A stretch of 64,000 nucleotides of DNA from Octopus sinensis (Eukaryota). The first letter of the stretch is position 1. Every line of letters starts with the position of its first letter. A program made the translations under genes and the position numbers. Below are positions 26,531-41,011 of the stretch, piece after piece. The stretch spans positions 133,734,001 to 133,798,000 of the forward strand of contig NC_042998.1 in the NCBI RefSeq assembly GCF_006345805.1, read 5' to 3'. The notes under the pieces are model-generated. The model saw only the letters and a program-made list of their open reading frames with translations. It ran no database searches and had not been told where the DNA came from.

Positions 26531-28467
26531 GCTACTACTAATACTACTACTACTACAACTACTACCACCACCACCGCCACCACCACCACCGCTACTACTG
26601 CTGCTGCTGCTGTTACTGCTGCTAATAGTGTTTTACACATATTTTGAGGAATTATTCACGTGAACACTTTATCATCATTTTCATATCCTTCACCCCCATC
26701 ACTAACACTTTCACAACCACAACCACAACCACAACTGATACAACTTTCAATATACTGGAGAAAAAAAAAATAACAAAAAAAAAATAAATTACTACTTTTA
26801 CTTTGTACAACACTCCACCACAAACATCTGGATTTTGTCAAGAGTCTCCCTCGCTTATTGATCAATTTTACCACCACCCCCACTACTTCTTGTGCACCAT
26901 ACCCTCTTACTTCTTTTAACTGTGTCAGCTTATAGAGAAAATAACTGTTCATAATGATAGTCATAAGAATTTCTTTTGACTTGATGTAGTATAAAAGGTC
27001 TTGTATTTTAAAGAAGGCAGGAAGGTAGGAATTAAATGGGTGTATTGGAGATTGCAGCATTCATGCGTTTCCCAAGAGCATTAATTCTTTGAAATGTAGT
27101 GCATTAAAGTGAAGTGTCATTACGACAAGAAGCGAAACCACATCAACTAAATTCGGTAGTCTCAAACATACCTTTGGTTCTGTGGTATTGTCCCCATTAT
27201 GGTAATGCTAATGGTTTAAGTTTTCTCACTAAGCAAAACACCCAATTTGTGAAAAGTTTTGGGATGTATGGACAATTTTAATGCTAATCAAAACCATCGT
27301 CGTCGCCGTCGTCGTCTTCGTCATGATCATAATCATGATCATCATAACAATAATAATGGTTTCAAATTTTGGCACAAGCACATCAGTTTTAATAGAAATG
27401 GATTGGTCGATTACATCGTCCCCAGTACTTTACTGGTACTTTGTTTTATGGACCCTGAAAGGGGGACAGGCAAAATGTAGTGTCGCAAGAAATGCCGCTA
27501 AGCATTTGTCCGACGAGTTGTCGACTCTACAAGAACAATATCATCATCCTCATCTTCGTCTTCATCCTCTTTCTCCAACTCCTCTTTCTCCTCCTCCTCC
27601 TCATCATCATCATCATCATTATCATCATCAAAATCTCCACCTTCAATTCGTTATATCATCTATATTACAAATCAAACACAATAACAACTTCAACCCAACG
27701 AAGAAGGAAGTTGGTCATCGCTGACGTGCTAAAAATAGCAGCCAAAAGCTGGATGGTCACGGCCGAGACGCCTTTGATAATAGGTATGCTTCATGGGGGA
27801 TTGCCTGAAGTTAATCACAACAACAACCACGAACACAACACCTATCACCAACATCACTCTACTATTTCCCCCTACACCAGCATCATAATTACTCCTGCCA
27901 CCACTACTCGCAACGCAGCGTATACTATCATCTATAACACAACCCCCACTAACACCGTACACGAAATATTACTGACGTAAACACCTTTCTTCACAAGGAC
28001 CATCGGTACTAACACTAACTTCACTATATTCGTTTCTTAGCTAGACATAATAAATGTGCAAGGAATCAAAGTTCTTTTACAATCCATTTATTACATCGTG
28101 AAGAAATTCCATTTTTGAAATTTCATTTTTTCTTTAAATTTCTTCGCCAACATGTAATGCAGTGGAAGTTTAAGAAAACAAGATTTTCAAAAGCGAAAAA
28201 AAATATTATGTATGAGAATGGTGTGTCGGGGTGTGTATATGCATATTTGTAATATTCTTTTAACTTTAGAACAAGGCCATCAAATTTTAGTAGAGTGGGC
28301 AGGTCGATTACATCGACACTAGAAATTAACTGGTATCCTATTTTATCAATCCCGAAAGGAGAAAAGTCGACCTCGGCGGAATTTGAATGCATATATATGA
28401 TACATAGATCGTTAGCCAAAACACACATTTTTTTCTCTCCTTGTTTCTCTCTTTTTTTTCTGTGTAC

Positions 28468-28503
28468 CTTTCTGTAGAAGAGCGTAGGCTCGAAACGTAA
28501 AAG
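28468..28503 (+). ncRNA. Hammerhead-like motif (variant core) in a solo PLE-type repeat
   Basis: CUUU-CUGUAGA-A-GAGC-gtag-GCUC-GAAA-C-GUA-AAAG; core deviates from CUGAnGA. Confidence 0.5.
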
Positions 28504-28589
28504 ACTTTTTCTATTCCTGAGCGTTATACTAATACATCTGTTTGTTTTGTACACCACCTGTCTTCGTCTTTTGTTTTTTCGTAAAATTT

Positions 28590-28647
<58 letters not shown>

Positions 28648-29359
28648 GTATGTATATATATATATAACTTACTCGGAAAAGGATACGTGACGTTCGATCA
28701 TATAATAATATAAACAATATATAATTATATGCATATATACATATATATATGTACATACCTACATATATATGTATATGTACATACATATATAGGTACAGGA
28801 CATCAAAAACAAAACGTTGAACACAATGAGAAACGAAAACATAAAAACAAAAACATAGAAAACAGACTCTTTCGAATAACGAAAAAATAGAGAAACGAAA
28901 CATGCAACATAAAGAATATTCATATGTGTGTGTGTGTATGTGTGTTTGTGCAGGCGTATGCGCAACTGCATATGCGAGCATTTATGTGTGTATGTACATC
29001 TGAATGTGCGAGCATATATTAGCAAAAAGTTTCCAACCTGCACTTAGTATGATTTTACTGTTTCACAGGAATACATGCTCATCTGATGATCATTAAAAGC
29101 CAACCTCCTAAGATGGTCCACAAATAGGCTTCGTTCTGACTGCGTTTGGACGTCGACAATTTAGCGCTGCTGATTCTGCGTAAAATCCATTCGGTTGAGT
29201 ACATTGTAGCCCTTCTATGGTAACCTTCCGTCTTATATTTGCTATTTGAGGACGGTTAACTATATTATTTTAACATTTATATTCCTCTCAGTTCACTTAT
29301 TAGGCAAGATCTTGTCAGGCTCTTAGAACAGCTCTATGATTTTTACGATTGCTGACGAA

Positions 29360-29880
29360 TTTGAGTAACTTGCCTTCATCAAATTTTGCATTAAGTTCTG
29401 CAAATCTGCAACTCAAATCTGCGAAATACATTTTTCAAATCGATACGGATTTTCCAGTGGTACGTATGTTTCAAAACCGGTCGACAGTGATAAGTGTTCA
29501 AGGCGAGCAATTATCGGCAAAACGCTAGAAAATCTGTTAAATAATTTGTGAAGACTGTCACTGGATGATTCATCTGCCTTCTCTTAGATAATAGAAATCA
29601 GTTACTGAATTTGCAAGGTAATTCTTATGGAAACTTGAATATGCAATCACGTTACTGTGAGATCTGTGCCAATGCTTTTGATGTTCAATCAAAAGCAGCG
29701 GCGCCATGACGTGTTTTATAATATGAAATTTCAGAAGATGGTAAATGAAACTGAAATGGAATCGTAGACGGTATTGGGCGGCCTTCAGGAAGACGTTTAC
29801 AACCCTTTTGAAAAGAGGAAGATGAGTTGAAATCGCTGGGTATGAGCCCAAGAGGACTATTTCGAAACGAAATGGGATGA
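29360..29880 (+). mobile_element. Degenerate mariner transposase remnant
   Basis: AFIKFCIKFCKSATQICE, QWYVCFKTGRQ, and a 3' end resembling W..F...W......DYFE. Confidence 0.5.
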
Positions 29881-29924
29881 TTGGGTGCTGACGGTTATGA
29901 GCAGTTCTTTAGGCCATGAGCGAT

Positions 29925-29927
<3 letters not shown>

Positions 29928-30003
<76 letters not shown>
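29928..30003. repeat. (CT)n microsatellite
   Basis: Direct reading. Confidence 0.97.
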
Positions 30004-30721
30004 TATATATATATATATATATATAAATTTAAAATAATAAGGGTGAAAGAAAAATTAGATATTAATTTGATAATATCAATTTAAAACCTGTGGTCTAGCA
30101 TATTAAAATCTGAAGATTCAGAAAATTTATATTACATACATATAAGAGGAACGACCACTACGTGGACATCTATTATGCTAGAAGTAGACCCGCTATGGTC
30201 TTACCACTATGAAAGGAATGTTATCAAGAAAATTTAGCAAACGCCAGAACGTAAGCGAGCAAGACATGAAAAGATACAAAATATAGATTAATCACAAACT
30301 AGTTTCGCTATTAACACGCAAATTACTTACGTAATTGACAGAAAGATAGGCAAACAGCGGGAGAGAAGTGCAGTTTGGAAACTTTTTGCTAATATATGCT
30401 CGCACGTTCAGATGTGCATACACACACAAATGCTCGCATATGCAGTTGCGCATACGCCTGCACAAACACACACACACACAGATATATATATATATATATA
30501 TATATAGACAGGAATGTAAATGTTAAAATTATACAGTTAACTCTCTTTATGTAATTGATATAAGGTGGAAGTTTGTCACAGAAGGGCTAAAATGTCCTCA
30601 GCCAAATGGGTTCGACGCAGAATTAGAAGCGCCAAATTGTCGACATCCAAACGCTGCTTATCCATTTTGAAGAGAATGCTGCACGAATACATTCATGTGA
30701 GCGTGTGTGTGTGTGTGTATC

Positions 30722-32500
30722 ATGGAGTTTGGAATCATCTGGAAAGATTTTCAATGTAGAATGTTTGATGACGTCCACTACCTCATTGATGTAGATATTG
30801 AAGAGGAATGGGCCCAACACAGTACCTTGTGGGACACTACTACTGACTTTGGCTGAGCCGGATAGTATACCCTTAAACACAACATGTTAGATTTTTTTCG
30901 TCTGGAAACACTTTATCCACTGCAGCAGCTTTGCACGGACTCCAATGCTTGACAGTTTCTTCAGCAGGATTTTGTGGTCCCCTCTGTCAAATGTCTTGCT
31001 GAAATCAAGGTATATGACGTCAGCGTTGGAGCCTTCTCCCATCGCTGCATCAAAATGGTGCAGAAGCTGCGACAGGCAGTCCCTACCATCACGGAAACCA
31101 TGCTGGTTGGGGTTCAGCAGATAATTGTCTTCGAGGAAGTGAGTTATTTGCGATCTCACCAACCTCTCAAATACTTTAATGATATGAGAGGTGAGTAAAA
31201 TCAGACGGTAATTCACTGCAAGAGATTTGTTTCCATTTTTGAAAACTGGGAAAGAAAATGATCAGGAATATAGCCTGCATTAAGTGAGTTTCTCCAGAGG
31301 TCAGCTAGAGAGGGTACAATTTGATGTCGACACATCTTCAGGACAATGGCCGCAATGGCCGGGAACTTATCGTGACCTACTGCCGAGTTGTGCTTGATCT
31401 TATTTATTCCTATTAGGATATCAGAAGAGCCAAAAGTTATGTCACATTTGATTAGTTGAGGGATTAGGTCACTAATACTAGCCAGATCACTGCATTAGCG
31501 TTAGATGAAAAGAACACTCTGGGATTGAGTTTTATTTTCTTAATGGCCCAACTCTCCTCAGCTGCTCTTTGTTAATGATGATTATCATGCTTTTTTGGAG
31601 GCTGTGTTTTTTCGATTCTAGTGATGCAATGGCAGTCGATAGGAGCATTGCTGGTTGATTTTCTTGTTAAATCTTTTTATTTTTCTGATAATTGCTCTTC
31701 TATTTCTAGGGATTCTGCACTTAAATTTGTATACTGATCCTAATGGAGTATGTTTTACGCATATATTTGTTACACTATCTACAAATGTCTGCCATGATGT
31801 GTTTATGTTGGTGGGTGTGTGCGTGCGTGAATGCCCAATCAACTTGTGAAAGATCATGATTGATCGCATCCCAGACTGCGTTAGTGTCCATAGTGTCCAA
31901 TGGATGTGCTGGAGAGATGTCATTGGATTTTATCTTTGGGTAGTAGAATCTCAGATCGTAGAGAACCATGTCACGGTCTGAGAGTAGTGTTTTTTTTTTA
32001 AAAAAAGATCCATAGTGTCAAATTGATGGGCTAGAGAGATGTCATTAGATTTGATCTTTGGGTGGTAGAATCACAGATCGCAGAGAACCATGTCACGGTC
32101 TGAGAGTAGTGTTTTATTTTTCCACTGCAATATTGTGGATAGCGTCAGTGTGGTTACTGAACATTAGGTCCAAACTGTTTTTGTGACACCTTGTTAGTTC
32201 GAGAAAAAGTTGTGTCAGGAAAAACTCATCCATGAAATCAAAAAGCAATTCGATTGCTTCCTTATCATGAGCTGAAGTGGAAAAACCTAGTTTCAAGCTG
32301 TTTGTCGACCAATCAACACTGGGAAGGTTGATGTACCCATCATTAATATGTTGTCAGCATGACACTGATGGATGAAACACTTAATACTGTTGAGGCATTC
32401 CTTGAAGCGTAGTAAAGGAGTTAAGGATGGCCTATAGATCCCAATTACTATTAAATTGTTGGTTTTAATATACACAGAAGCTGCTTAACAGTAGCCATTG
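30722..32500 (-). mobile_element. CR1-clade LINE ORF2 remnant (APE endonuclease + RT)
   Basis: IVIGIYRPS..NILMMG and SLDLMFSN (APE); NYRLILLTSHIIKVFER, QHGFRDGRDC, YLDFSKTFDRGDH, VPQGTVLGPFLFNIYIN, FPDDSKL (RT); internal duplication ~31905-32110. Confidence 0.88.
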
Positions 32501-32804
32501 GTAAATACGTCCATTGCTTCAGCCGGAAAAGAATTGTGCACGAAAAAGGTGGTCCCACATATAAATAGTCACACAAACTCATACACATAGACACGCTCAA
32601 ACACTCACACATAAGGAGACAGAGGTACACACACAAGCACACGCACACATACACACACACACACACACGCATACAAACACGCACGCACAAAAAATTGAAT
32701 ATGCTGAATATATACATACGTACACGTACACACATGCATGCATATATGCATACACACACATCCACACATACATACATACATACATACATACATACATACA
32801 TACA

Positions 32805-32835
<31 letters not shown>

Positions 32836-33224
32836 GTGTATACACGTGCACGCTGAAGCATACACATGCGCACAAACAAACGAAAGGAAGCAACGAAAAT
32901 TCAGGAAGAAAAAGTATACATATATAAATAAATTAAGTGGAAATCGAACTGGTGAGTGTGTTAGCTAATAAGGCGTAAAGACAAAATGACTCTCCCCAGA
33001 CACAACAAAATTTGCTTCAGCACACGAATTCATATAAAGAATCTTGCAAACCAAATACAAAAACGAAATATAAATATATATGTATGTATATGCACATACA
33101 CATGTATCTCTATATAAGTGTATATGCATGCATTCATACACACACACATAAATAGTCATAGATATAAATATGTTTGAGTAGTTTCTATTTGAAATGAAAT
33201 AATCCTTTCTACTTTAGACACAAA

Positions 33225-33410
33225 TCCTGAAATTTGGGGGAAGGAGCCAATCGATTTGATCCACCCCAGTACGCAGCTGGTACTTAATTTATCGATCCCG
33301 AAAGGTTGAAAGGTAAAGTCGACCTTGACGGGATTTGAATTCAGAACGAGGAAACGGGCAAAATACCGCTACGCATTTTTCCTGGCGTAATAATGATTTT
33401 GCCAGCTTTC
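33225..33410 (-). mobile_element. Meta-core-like tRNA-SINE
   Basis: gctggtacttaatttatcgatcccgaaaggttgaaaggtaaagtcgacc is the reverse of the family core. Confidence 0.75.
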
Positions 33411-33721
33411 ATTTTGAAATGAAATAATGACGTAAATTATGTTTATTGAAAGAATAAATTCATATTCACGCGTGAATATGTATATGAGTATAAATTGTAA
33501 TTCCTACTTGTTCATTCCAGAATAGATTCGATTATCGTTTAATTATATTGCAACTATATCGCTTCTTGCATATCCACTGAGTGATATTGATGCATTAACG
33601 ATATTTTCATATCAAATATAATATTTTACTATAAAATTTCTTAACCTTCTCACTGCTTTTTCGTTTACATATATACGTGTGCTTATGTGTGCGTGCGTAT
33701 ACAACTTACAAACATACATAT

Positions 33722-33770
<49 letters not shown>

Positions 33771-33851
33771 TTATGTATTATATAAGCCTATGTGTTTGTG
33801 TGTGTATACATACACATATATATATATGACCGTGCATATTATGCATATATA

Positions 33852-33894
<43 letters not shown>

Positions 33895-34899
33895 ATATAT
33901 ATATATATATATATATAATCATCGACATATTAATACAGTAGATAGCCTCTCGAGAGGATCCTTAATGCTTTCTCTTGCAAAACTCTTAAACTTGTCAACG
34001 ACAGATATATATATATATATATATATTAAGAGATCACTTCTAAAATATTTTAATCCTTATAGGATTATTGCTGATGGGTTTCATAAAAATTAAACTTAAA
34101 TGTAGTTTTTATTTTAATCTTCACAATAAAATTAATGGTTCGATATTTTGTAAGGTTTGCATTAATAATAAATCTAAACATGCTTTTTAAAATGCTTAAA
34201 ATATAATTAAACCTGTTTACTGTGGAATTAAAATTTTTATCGTGTTTTTACTGAACACAAAACTCGATAAACGTTATTTTTACTTTTTTTTCTGTTATTA
34301 AAATATAAAAGAAGAATATTTCACATGTAATATGCCCCGTTGTTAACAATGGATTTTCACACTTCCATAATTGTAAACCGTGGAGTGCAAGTGATGTTTT
34401 AAAATAAACGAAATTTTATTGATTCTTTTCAATTCTGATTTATGTCAGTTTAATGTTGTTAGTATATTCAGAACCTTGTATTTTATTTGACACTGCCTGT
34501 ATTTCCCTTGATTTTTATTCATGAACACCAAAAAGAAATAATTTTGAGCGCAGGCAAGTTTGTATGTCTCAACAGTTCGTTTTTGAACCATGTCGTTCTA
34601 GATTCGATCTTACAAGCAGCGGGTTCAATAAACGTCTCATTCGATAACTTAGGGTTGACCAACGTTTTATCCAGAAAATTTTATATATGCACGATGTAAG
34701 TCCATGATACATGTCCACATTTTTCTCTTCCCGGTTGGAGTTTTAGAGTTTAATTTGTCCTGATTTATGCTCGGTGGAAAAGCTATCAGGAAAAGATAAT
34801 TTTCAAATAATCGGGGTATTGTTCTTTTCGTAATTCTTTGCTCAACAATTCGCTTTAAGAAGGTTTCGAAACATTGGACTGTAGATAACAAAACTGAGT

Positions 34900-36120
34900 T
34901 AGATGTTGAATTTGATAAAAGTCTTACATAATTTTGCTGTCCCGCTAACAGATTGTGTAGGTACATGGTTTAGTGGTTAGGGCGTCTGGCTCACAATTAT
35001 GATGTAGTAAGTTCGGTTCCCGGACTGGGCTGTGTGTGTTGTGTTCTTGAGCAAGACACTTTATTTCACGTTGCTCCACTTCACTCAGCTGTGGAAATGA
35101 TTTTCGATGTCACTGGTTCCAAGCTGTATCAGCCTTTGCCTTTCTCTTGGATAAGATTGGAGGCATGGAAAGGGGAGACTGGTACGCATGGGTGACTGCT
35201 GATCTTCCATAAAACAACCTTGCCAGAACTTGTGCCTGGGAAGGTAACTTTCTAGGTTCAATCCCATGATTCATAACCGAAGGGGGTCTTTTAACAGATA
35301 GCAATTTTAATGTTCGTGTTAGCTAGTTAAATTATTTTTCTGAAAACCAAACTTTTCCAGATTGTCATTTCAACATTTACTAACAAAACCAAATGCATCA
35401 AACTTTTTTGGGAATTTTTAATCTGGATATAGAAGTTAAAGGTTTCGAATCATTTGTCTGTATTTATCCTCTTTCTCTTTGATTTTGGTATAGATAATCA
35501 CATCACCTGAGCAGTTGATCACTGTGACGGTATATACTTTATCTTGTCTGTCCGAAACAATGATATCTGCCTTTTATGCTTGCCCTTGATAGAAGGTTTG
35601 GTGAGTGTACTGATGTTTATACATTCAATAACATGAGGAAATTCAACATTTATCCCAGGACAGTCTTTTTTTTTACAGATAGCATTGTAAGTTACTTTAG
35701 TGACATTGGAAGATAGTACTTTGATGACATTTTTTAGGCAGTTACTGATCGCATGCGTGATGCCTTCCATAGCAATGTCTTACAATCGACATTTTCGGCT
35801 GCATGTTGGAGGCTCCAAGGGCTTCATTACCTCTTTTGTTGATTAAGAATTTTGTTACAATCTTGGATTTCAAACATTTCAAAGTGTGTTGTGATGTAGG
35901 GGTCACGTATCCAAGAAAGGCTGTACTTCATGAAGGTATTACTGTCATCTTCAAATCTATAGGAAACACGTGCACGCATAATCTTTTTTAGGTACGCTGA
36001 ACGTTTCACATTTTGATATTTGTTTGCTTGTGCTGCAAAGGCTATCCCCTCAAAGTTGCCGTGGTAAATGCAGAGAACCAGGGTTGATAACGTTTAACCA
36101 AAAATGCTGTTGTTTACAAA
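34900..36120 (-). mobile_element. Older R4/Dong-like copy (same group as 7190-8480), interrupted by a SINE
   Basis: Minus frames: KGKHKR.DIIVSDRQDKVYTV, IKEKEDKYRQMIRNL.LLYPD, and SVSGTAKLCKTFIKFNI-stop at ~34900. Confidence 0.7.
34960..35292 (+). mobile_element. tRNA-SINE family 3 (ttgagcaagacacttt core)
   Basis: tggtttagtgg A box, agttcggttccc B box; collinear with 36125-36432. Confidence 0.85.
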
Positions 36121-36124
36121 ATGC

Positions 36125-36432
36125 TACGATCGTGAGGTTGTGAGTTCGAATCCCGGACCGGGCTGCGTGTTGTGTTCTTGAGCAAAGCACTTTATTTCAC
36201 GTTGCTCCAGCTCACTCAGCTGTAGAAATGAGTTGCGATGTCACTGGTGCCAAGCTGTATCGACCTTTGTCTTTCCCTTGGATAACACTGGTGGCGTGGA
36301 GAGGGGAGGCCGGTATGCATGGGCGACTGCTGGTCTTCCATAAAAACAACCTTGCCCAGACTTGTGCCTCAGAGGGTAACTCTCTAGGTGCAAACCCATG
36401 GTCACACATGACCGAAGGGGGTCTTTACCCTT
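36125..36432 (+). mobile_element. tRNA-SINE family 3
   Basis: gagttcgaatccc B box; collinear with 34960-35292. Confidence 0.85.
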
Positions 36433-36552
36433 ATTATAAAATAAAATAGTAAAAATTTAAAAAGTAACAAGAGTATAATACAACCAACCACTTAATCAAA
36501 GGTGAACAATGCTCTCCTCTGCCTTTCTCATATTCCCTCTCTCTCATGACTT

Positions 36553-36598
<46 letters not shown>

Positions 36599-37419
36599 CC
36601 CTCCTCTCCTGCAAATAGAAATGCTTTTGATTTTCTAATCTTCAAACTGCATACAAACTCAACCTAAGACAAATACTTTTTCTTCACCGTCATTCCACTT
36701 TCCTATGTCTCAAATTATCTCAAATGCTTTACTAAACACTCTCTATCTTCTTTACCCAGGACCACTGGGAGAGCATCTTCGAGTTGCTCAAAGCGCTACA
36801 AAATAGCAGTCAAATATCAATTAAATCACACTACGCTATCTACTAAAGCTAAACATCAATATTATAGTCCTAGTTTTATTTAACTCAACAATCGTCATGG
36901 CTGGGGTGCTTTCAGCACGTGAGCTCAGAGTATGCTGGTCGGGGTTAAGCAGGAGTCTCTGAACTCACTCCCTGCCCGTGTTTTTCCATTCAGTCATAGA
37001 TCATCATAAAAGTACAAGATGAACATCAAGGCATTTGGCTTCACAGTAGCACTTGTAATCGTATAAAACAGGGCTACTTCACCTCCTTTTCAGCCTAATA
37101 TATTATAATTTAAATGATTAATCATTAAAGAATCTTATTTCTATTTTTGAAACTTAAAAAAAATATCGCTAAGTATATATTTTTTTTAAACTCAACATTC
37201 AACAAACAAGAACTGTATTGTACTACGATGGATCATTTTTACTCCAGGTCGCACGCTAGGCACTACCGTGTATTTAGTGAATATTAATCCTTTGAAAAGC
37301 TTTAGATGTTTAATTTATCCTACTTTGTCGCATTTGCCTTTCTCTTGTCATGACCAGCCATGTTTAGAACATAGTGTAGTCACTGCATGTATCTTGTTAG
37401 TTGTTTATTTGTTGTAAGA

Positions 37420-37600
37420 GTGCGTGGCTTTGTGGTTAAGGTGTTGCACTCACGATCTGGATTCAGTTCCCGGTTCGTTGTGTTCCTGGTGCGTTGTGTC
37501 CTTAAGCAAAACTTTTCATCTCACTTTGCTCAGCGATCACTTCGACATCTGACGTGTGATTCATTGTGTACCTGAACAGGTATGGTCGATTTGATAGAAA
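37420..37600 (+). mobile_element. Degenerate tRNA-SINE 5' part
   Basis: tggctttgtggttaagg, gttgtgtccttaagcaaaacttt. Confidence 0.55.
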
Positions 37601-38392
37601 GGAACGAGTTAATATACAGCACAAACATTTAATACCTATAACCAAATGATCTGTTCAGTTTGTTCAGTAAAAAATTTCAGAACCGTCTCTCTTGAACTCA
37701 AGAGACTAACTTTTAAAAAATTATTTGTATTCTAACGTCTTTGCTTAAATTACATAACCTCGTTTTCTGGTGAGTATGTTCATAAACCTACCCTTTTATA
37801 TCGATACTTGGACACTTTTATAGAAATAATGACATGTTGAATTTTCATCTCTTAAACAATTGACATCTTTTATAGCATTCTTGGTTCTGGTGAGCTAGAA
37901 TCGTTCAACATAAATACAGGCGGTGGTGGTATTACAAAGAACTTCATACAGCGCAGTTTTCATAAACAAATTGAAACTTAAATTTCTCTCGCACTCTTTG
38001 TACCTGATAGTAGTAGCTATGTCTAGAAATCCCCCTTAGAGGCTATATACTGTGAACATTCGAAACTCATACCACGAAGATTTGGCCTTGTTTTGAGCCA
38101 AAAACTATTTCAGACATGTATGATCAAAGATAAAAACACAAGCCAGTGTTCCATACTGCCACCGAACTGCTAGAATTATCAACCAAATTTCTTTCAAACT
38201 ACTCCCCGCCGTTCTACAAAGCTCAAATAAATGCTTACATGGTGTTGTGTTTACATATTTAGGTTAGCGTAATTCTTTCGATCACAAGGATCCTAGAGAA
38301 TAATCATGAACCAAAACAACCGTTGATAAACTGAGCCTCTCGTCTACGTTACCGCACCAATCGAGTCATGACTCTCTTTATTCCCAACATCT

Positions 38393-38438
<46 letters not shown>

Positions 38439-39809
38439 GCTCTTTCTTTTTTCAGCAAGGAGTACGCAAGGAGGTAAGGGGGACTGCCTTATCGTCCGAA
38501 GCCTCTCAACTTCTTATCATAAATATTCCGTTTCTCTAGTGCACAGGTCAAACTTTAAATGCAATTATTTATTCTGAAGATCGTTAAAAAAAATGAAATA
38601 TCAATACTGTAGAATTCAACGCACTCTTATTTCTAAAGCTGGGTCGAAATAACAAATTAAGTAACCTTCAATGTGTTTGTTTAACAACAAGAATTGTTAT
38701 AGCAGCAAAGGAAGCATTATAACTCACACTTATTTAGAAACCGGCTGGTAGTACACCTTGAACAACAATATATTATTATCATAGAAACAAGGAATTTTCG
38801 AAGGCGGTAGCTATGGATAGAAAGACAAATTCCTAATAAACAATGCAGTGTTAAATATAACAAGAACAGTTTAAATTTTAAGTATGCTGTTGGAAAAACA
38901 ATTTCTTTCAAATTCTAGAAGCTTCCATATTAGCAAATTCTTAAGGGAGGCTTGTAATGTTACTATCTCAATCCCCCATTGCTCCTTTCCGTCAGAAAGA
39001 AGGGGAAAAAAGAGTCGTTATGGGAATTATTAAATAATAACTTCAGAAGAGTGAAAGAAAGACTAAAAGGAACGTAAAAGAACATTCTCTAAGAAAAACA
39101 AAAGAACACGAATATATATATATATATATATATCCCTCTCTTGTTCTTCCTTTCTGGTTTTCTCTCCCACCCTTTCTCTAATTCTTCTCCTCTCTCTTTC
39201 ACCGTTCCCCCTCTCTCTCTCTCTATCACTCTTCCTCCTTGACTCTCTCGTTGTTCGCACGTGACCAACGGCTATCTATCTTTCTTCCACTTCCTTCCTA
39301 AAGACAAGGCGTGTTTTTGCCTGTCTCTTCTCAAACCTCGTTTTTCCAGCGTTCACCACTTCACCTCGTTATGGCTTAACAGTCCTCACCGTTTGTTTTT
39401 ACTGTTTTGGTCTCACTGTCCTGTTTTTGTTACCAATTTAACCCTCCGCAAAAAATCCCAAATTTTATTTAATTTGCTTGGCAGGAAGGATTGTTTTAAC
39501 GAAGCCGCGTCTTGTTTCTGCCTGCGAAACACAGAGTAGATAAAACAGGGGACAACTGATGAAGGCAGTGTCCTTTATGTTGCATGTCTCGTTTCTCTGT
39601 TTGTTTCTTTCGATGATCGATTCGTTTTCTATGCTTTTGTATTTTATGTTTCTCATTTTGCTCACGTTTTTTACGTCCTTTACACATATATGCATGTATA
39701 TATACATATGGGGTGTAGGCATGTAAATGTAAGTGTGTATATATGCATATATATATATATATGTATATATACATACATACATACACACACACACAACACA
39801 CACACACAC

Positions 39810-39876
<67 letters not shown>

Positions 39877-40125
39877 ATATAAAGAGATTTGTTCTGTGAG
39901 GCCGGAGCAATGCGAGAAGGTAAACAACAAAAGCAAAAGAAGACAAACCAAAACAACGATATATAAATATATATTGAAATGAGGAATAGATAGACAGCGG
40001 GCAACTGATGAAGGCTCGTTCTTTATATTACTTATCTTGTTTTCCATTTGTTTCATGCGTATTGAACTCATTTGTTTTCGTATTTCATGTTGTTTACTGT
40101 TGGTGATGACCTGTACCCATATATG

Positions 40126-40199
<74 letters not shown>

Positions 40200-40645
40200 A
40201 TATATGCTATTATGTTAAGCTGTAGTATGTCCAAATTTGCCCAAATGCATTTTTTTTCAACAGTTCTTCATGCATGGAGTTACGATTTTATACACCCAAC
40301 AAAGTATTATTATTAAGCTAATGTAAAAAGAAATGGAATGGTGAAACTATTGTTCCGTTTTCTGAAAAAGCAACGTTATGGATTGCTCTTAGCTTAGACT
40401 TTTGGTGGAGGTGGGGGAGGATCAACCAGATTGAACAGTCTCAAGTGTAACTGCTCGAAACTGTAAGGACATCTGATTACTTGACTGACGAAAGAAAGCT
40501 ACGAATGACCCGTCTTTTTTTCCTGTCCCTCTAAGTGTTGTTTGTCTTGTCCGCCTTTCTATCGTCTGTCTGTCCGGATGTATTATTGCCCTCTATTGCG
40601 TTTCTGCTCCATTATATACATATATATATATATTATTATATATAT

Positions 40646-40730
<85 letters not shown>

Positions 40731-40953
40731 TGACTTGCAAACTCTGTGGACAATCATTATGCTAGAAGTAGATCCGCTATGGTCATACCACGGATCTACT
40801 TCTAGCGTAAGGGTTATCCACATAGTGGTCAATCCCTCTCTTTATACATAATAAAACTTTACTGAACCTTCAGATATTTATATGCTAGACCACTGGTGTG
40901 AAATTGTTGTTAATTAAATTAATATCAAATTTTCACCCACATTTTAAATATAT

Positions 40954-41011
<58 letters not shown>

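Noticed and set aside
26900-28140. Non-repeat islands with homeodomain-like, MEF2-like (ctaaaaatag) and CRE-like motifs
   Set aside because: Short motifs are expected by chance in AT-rich DNA; cross-species conservation data are needed.
37019-37066. Short MNIKAFGFTVALVIV frame resembling a signal peptide exon
   Set aside because: Immediate stop, weak donor site and no downstream exon found.
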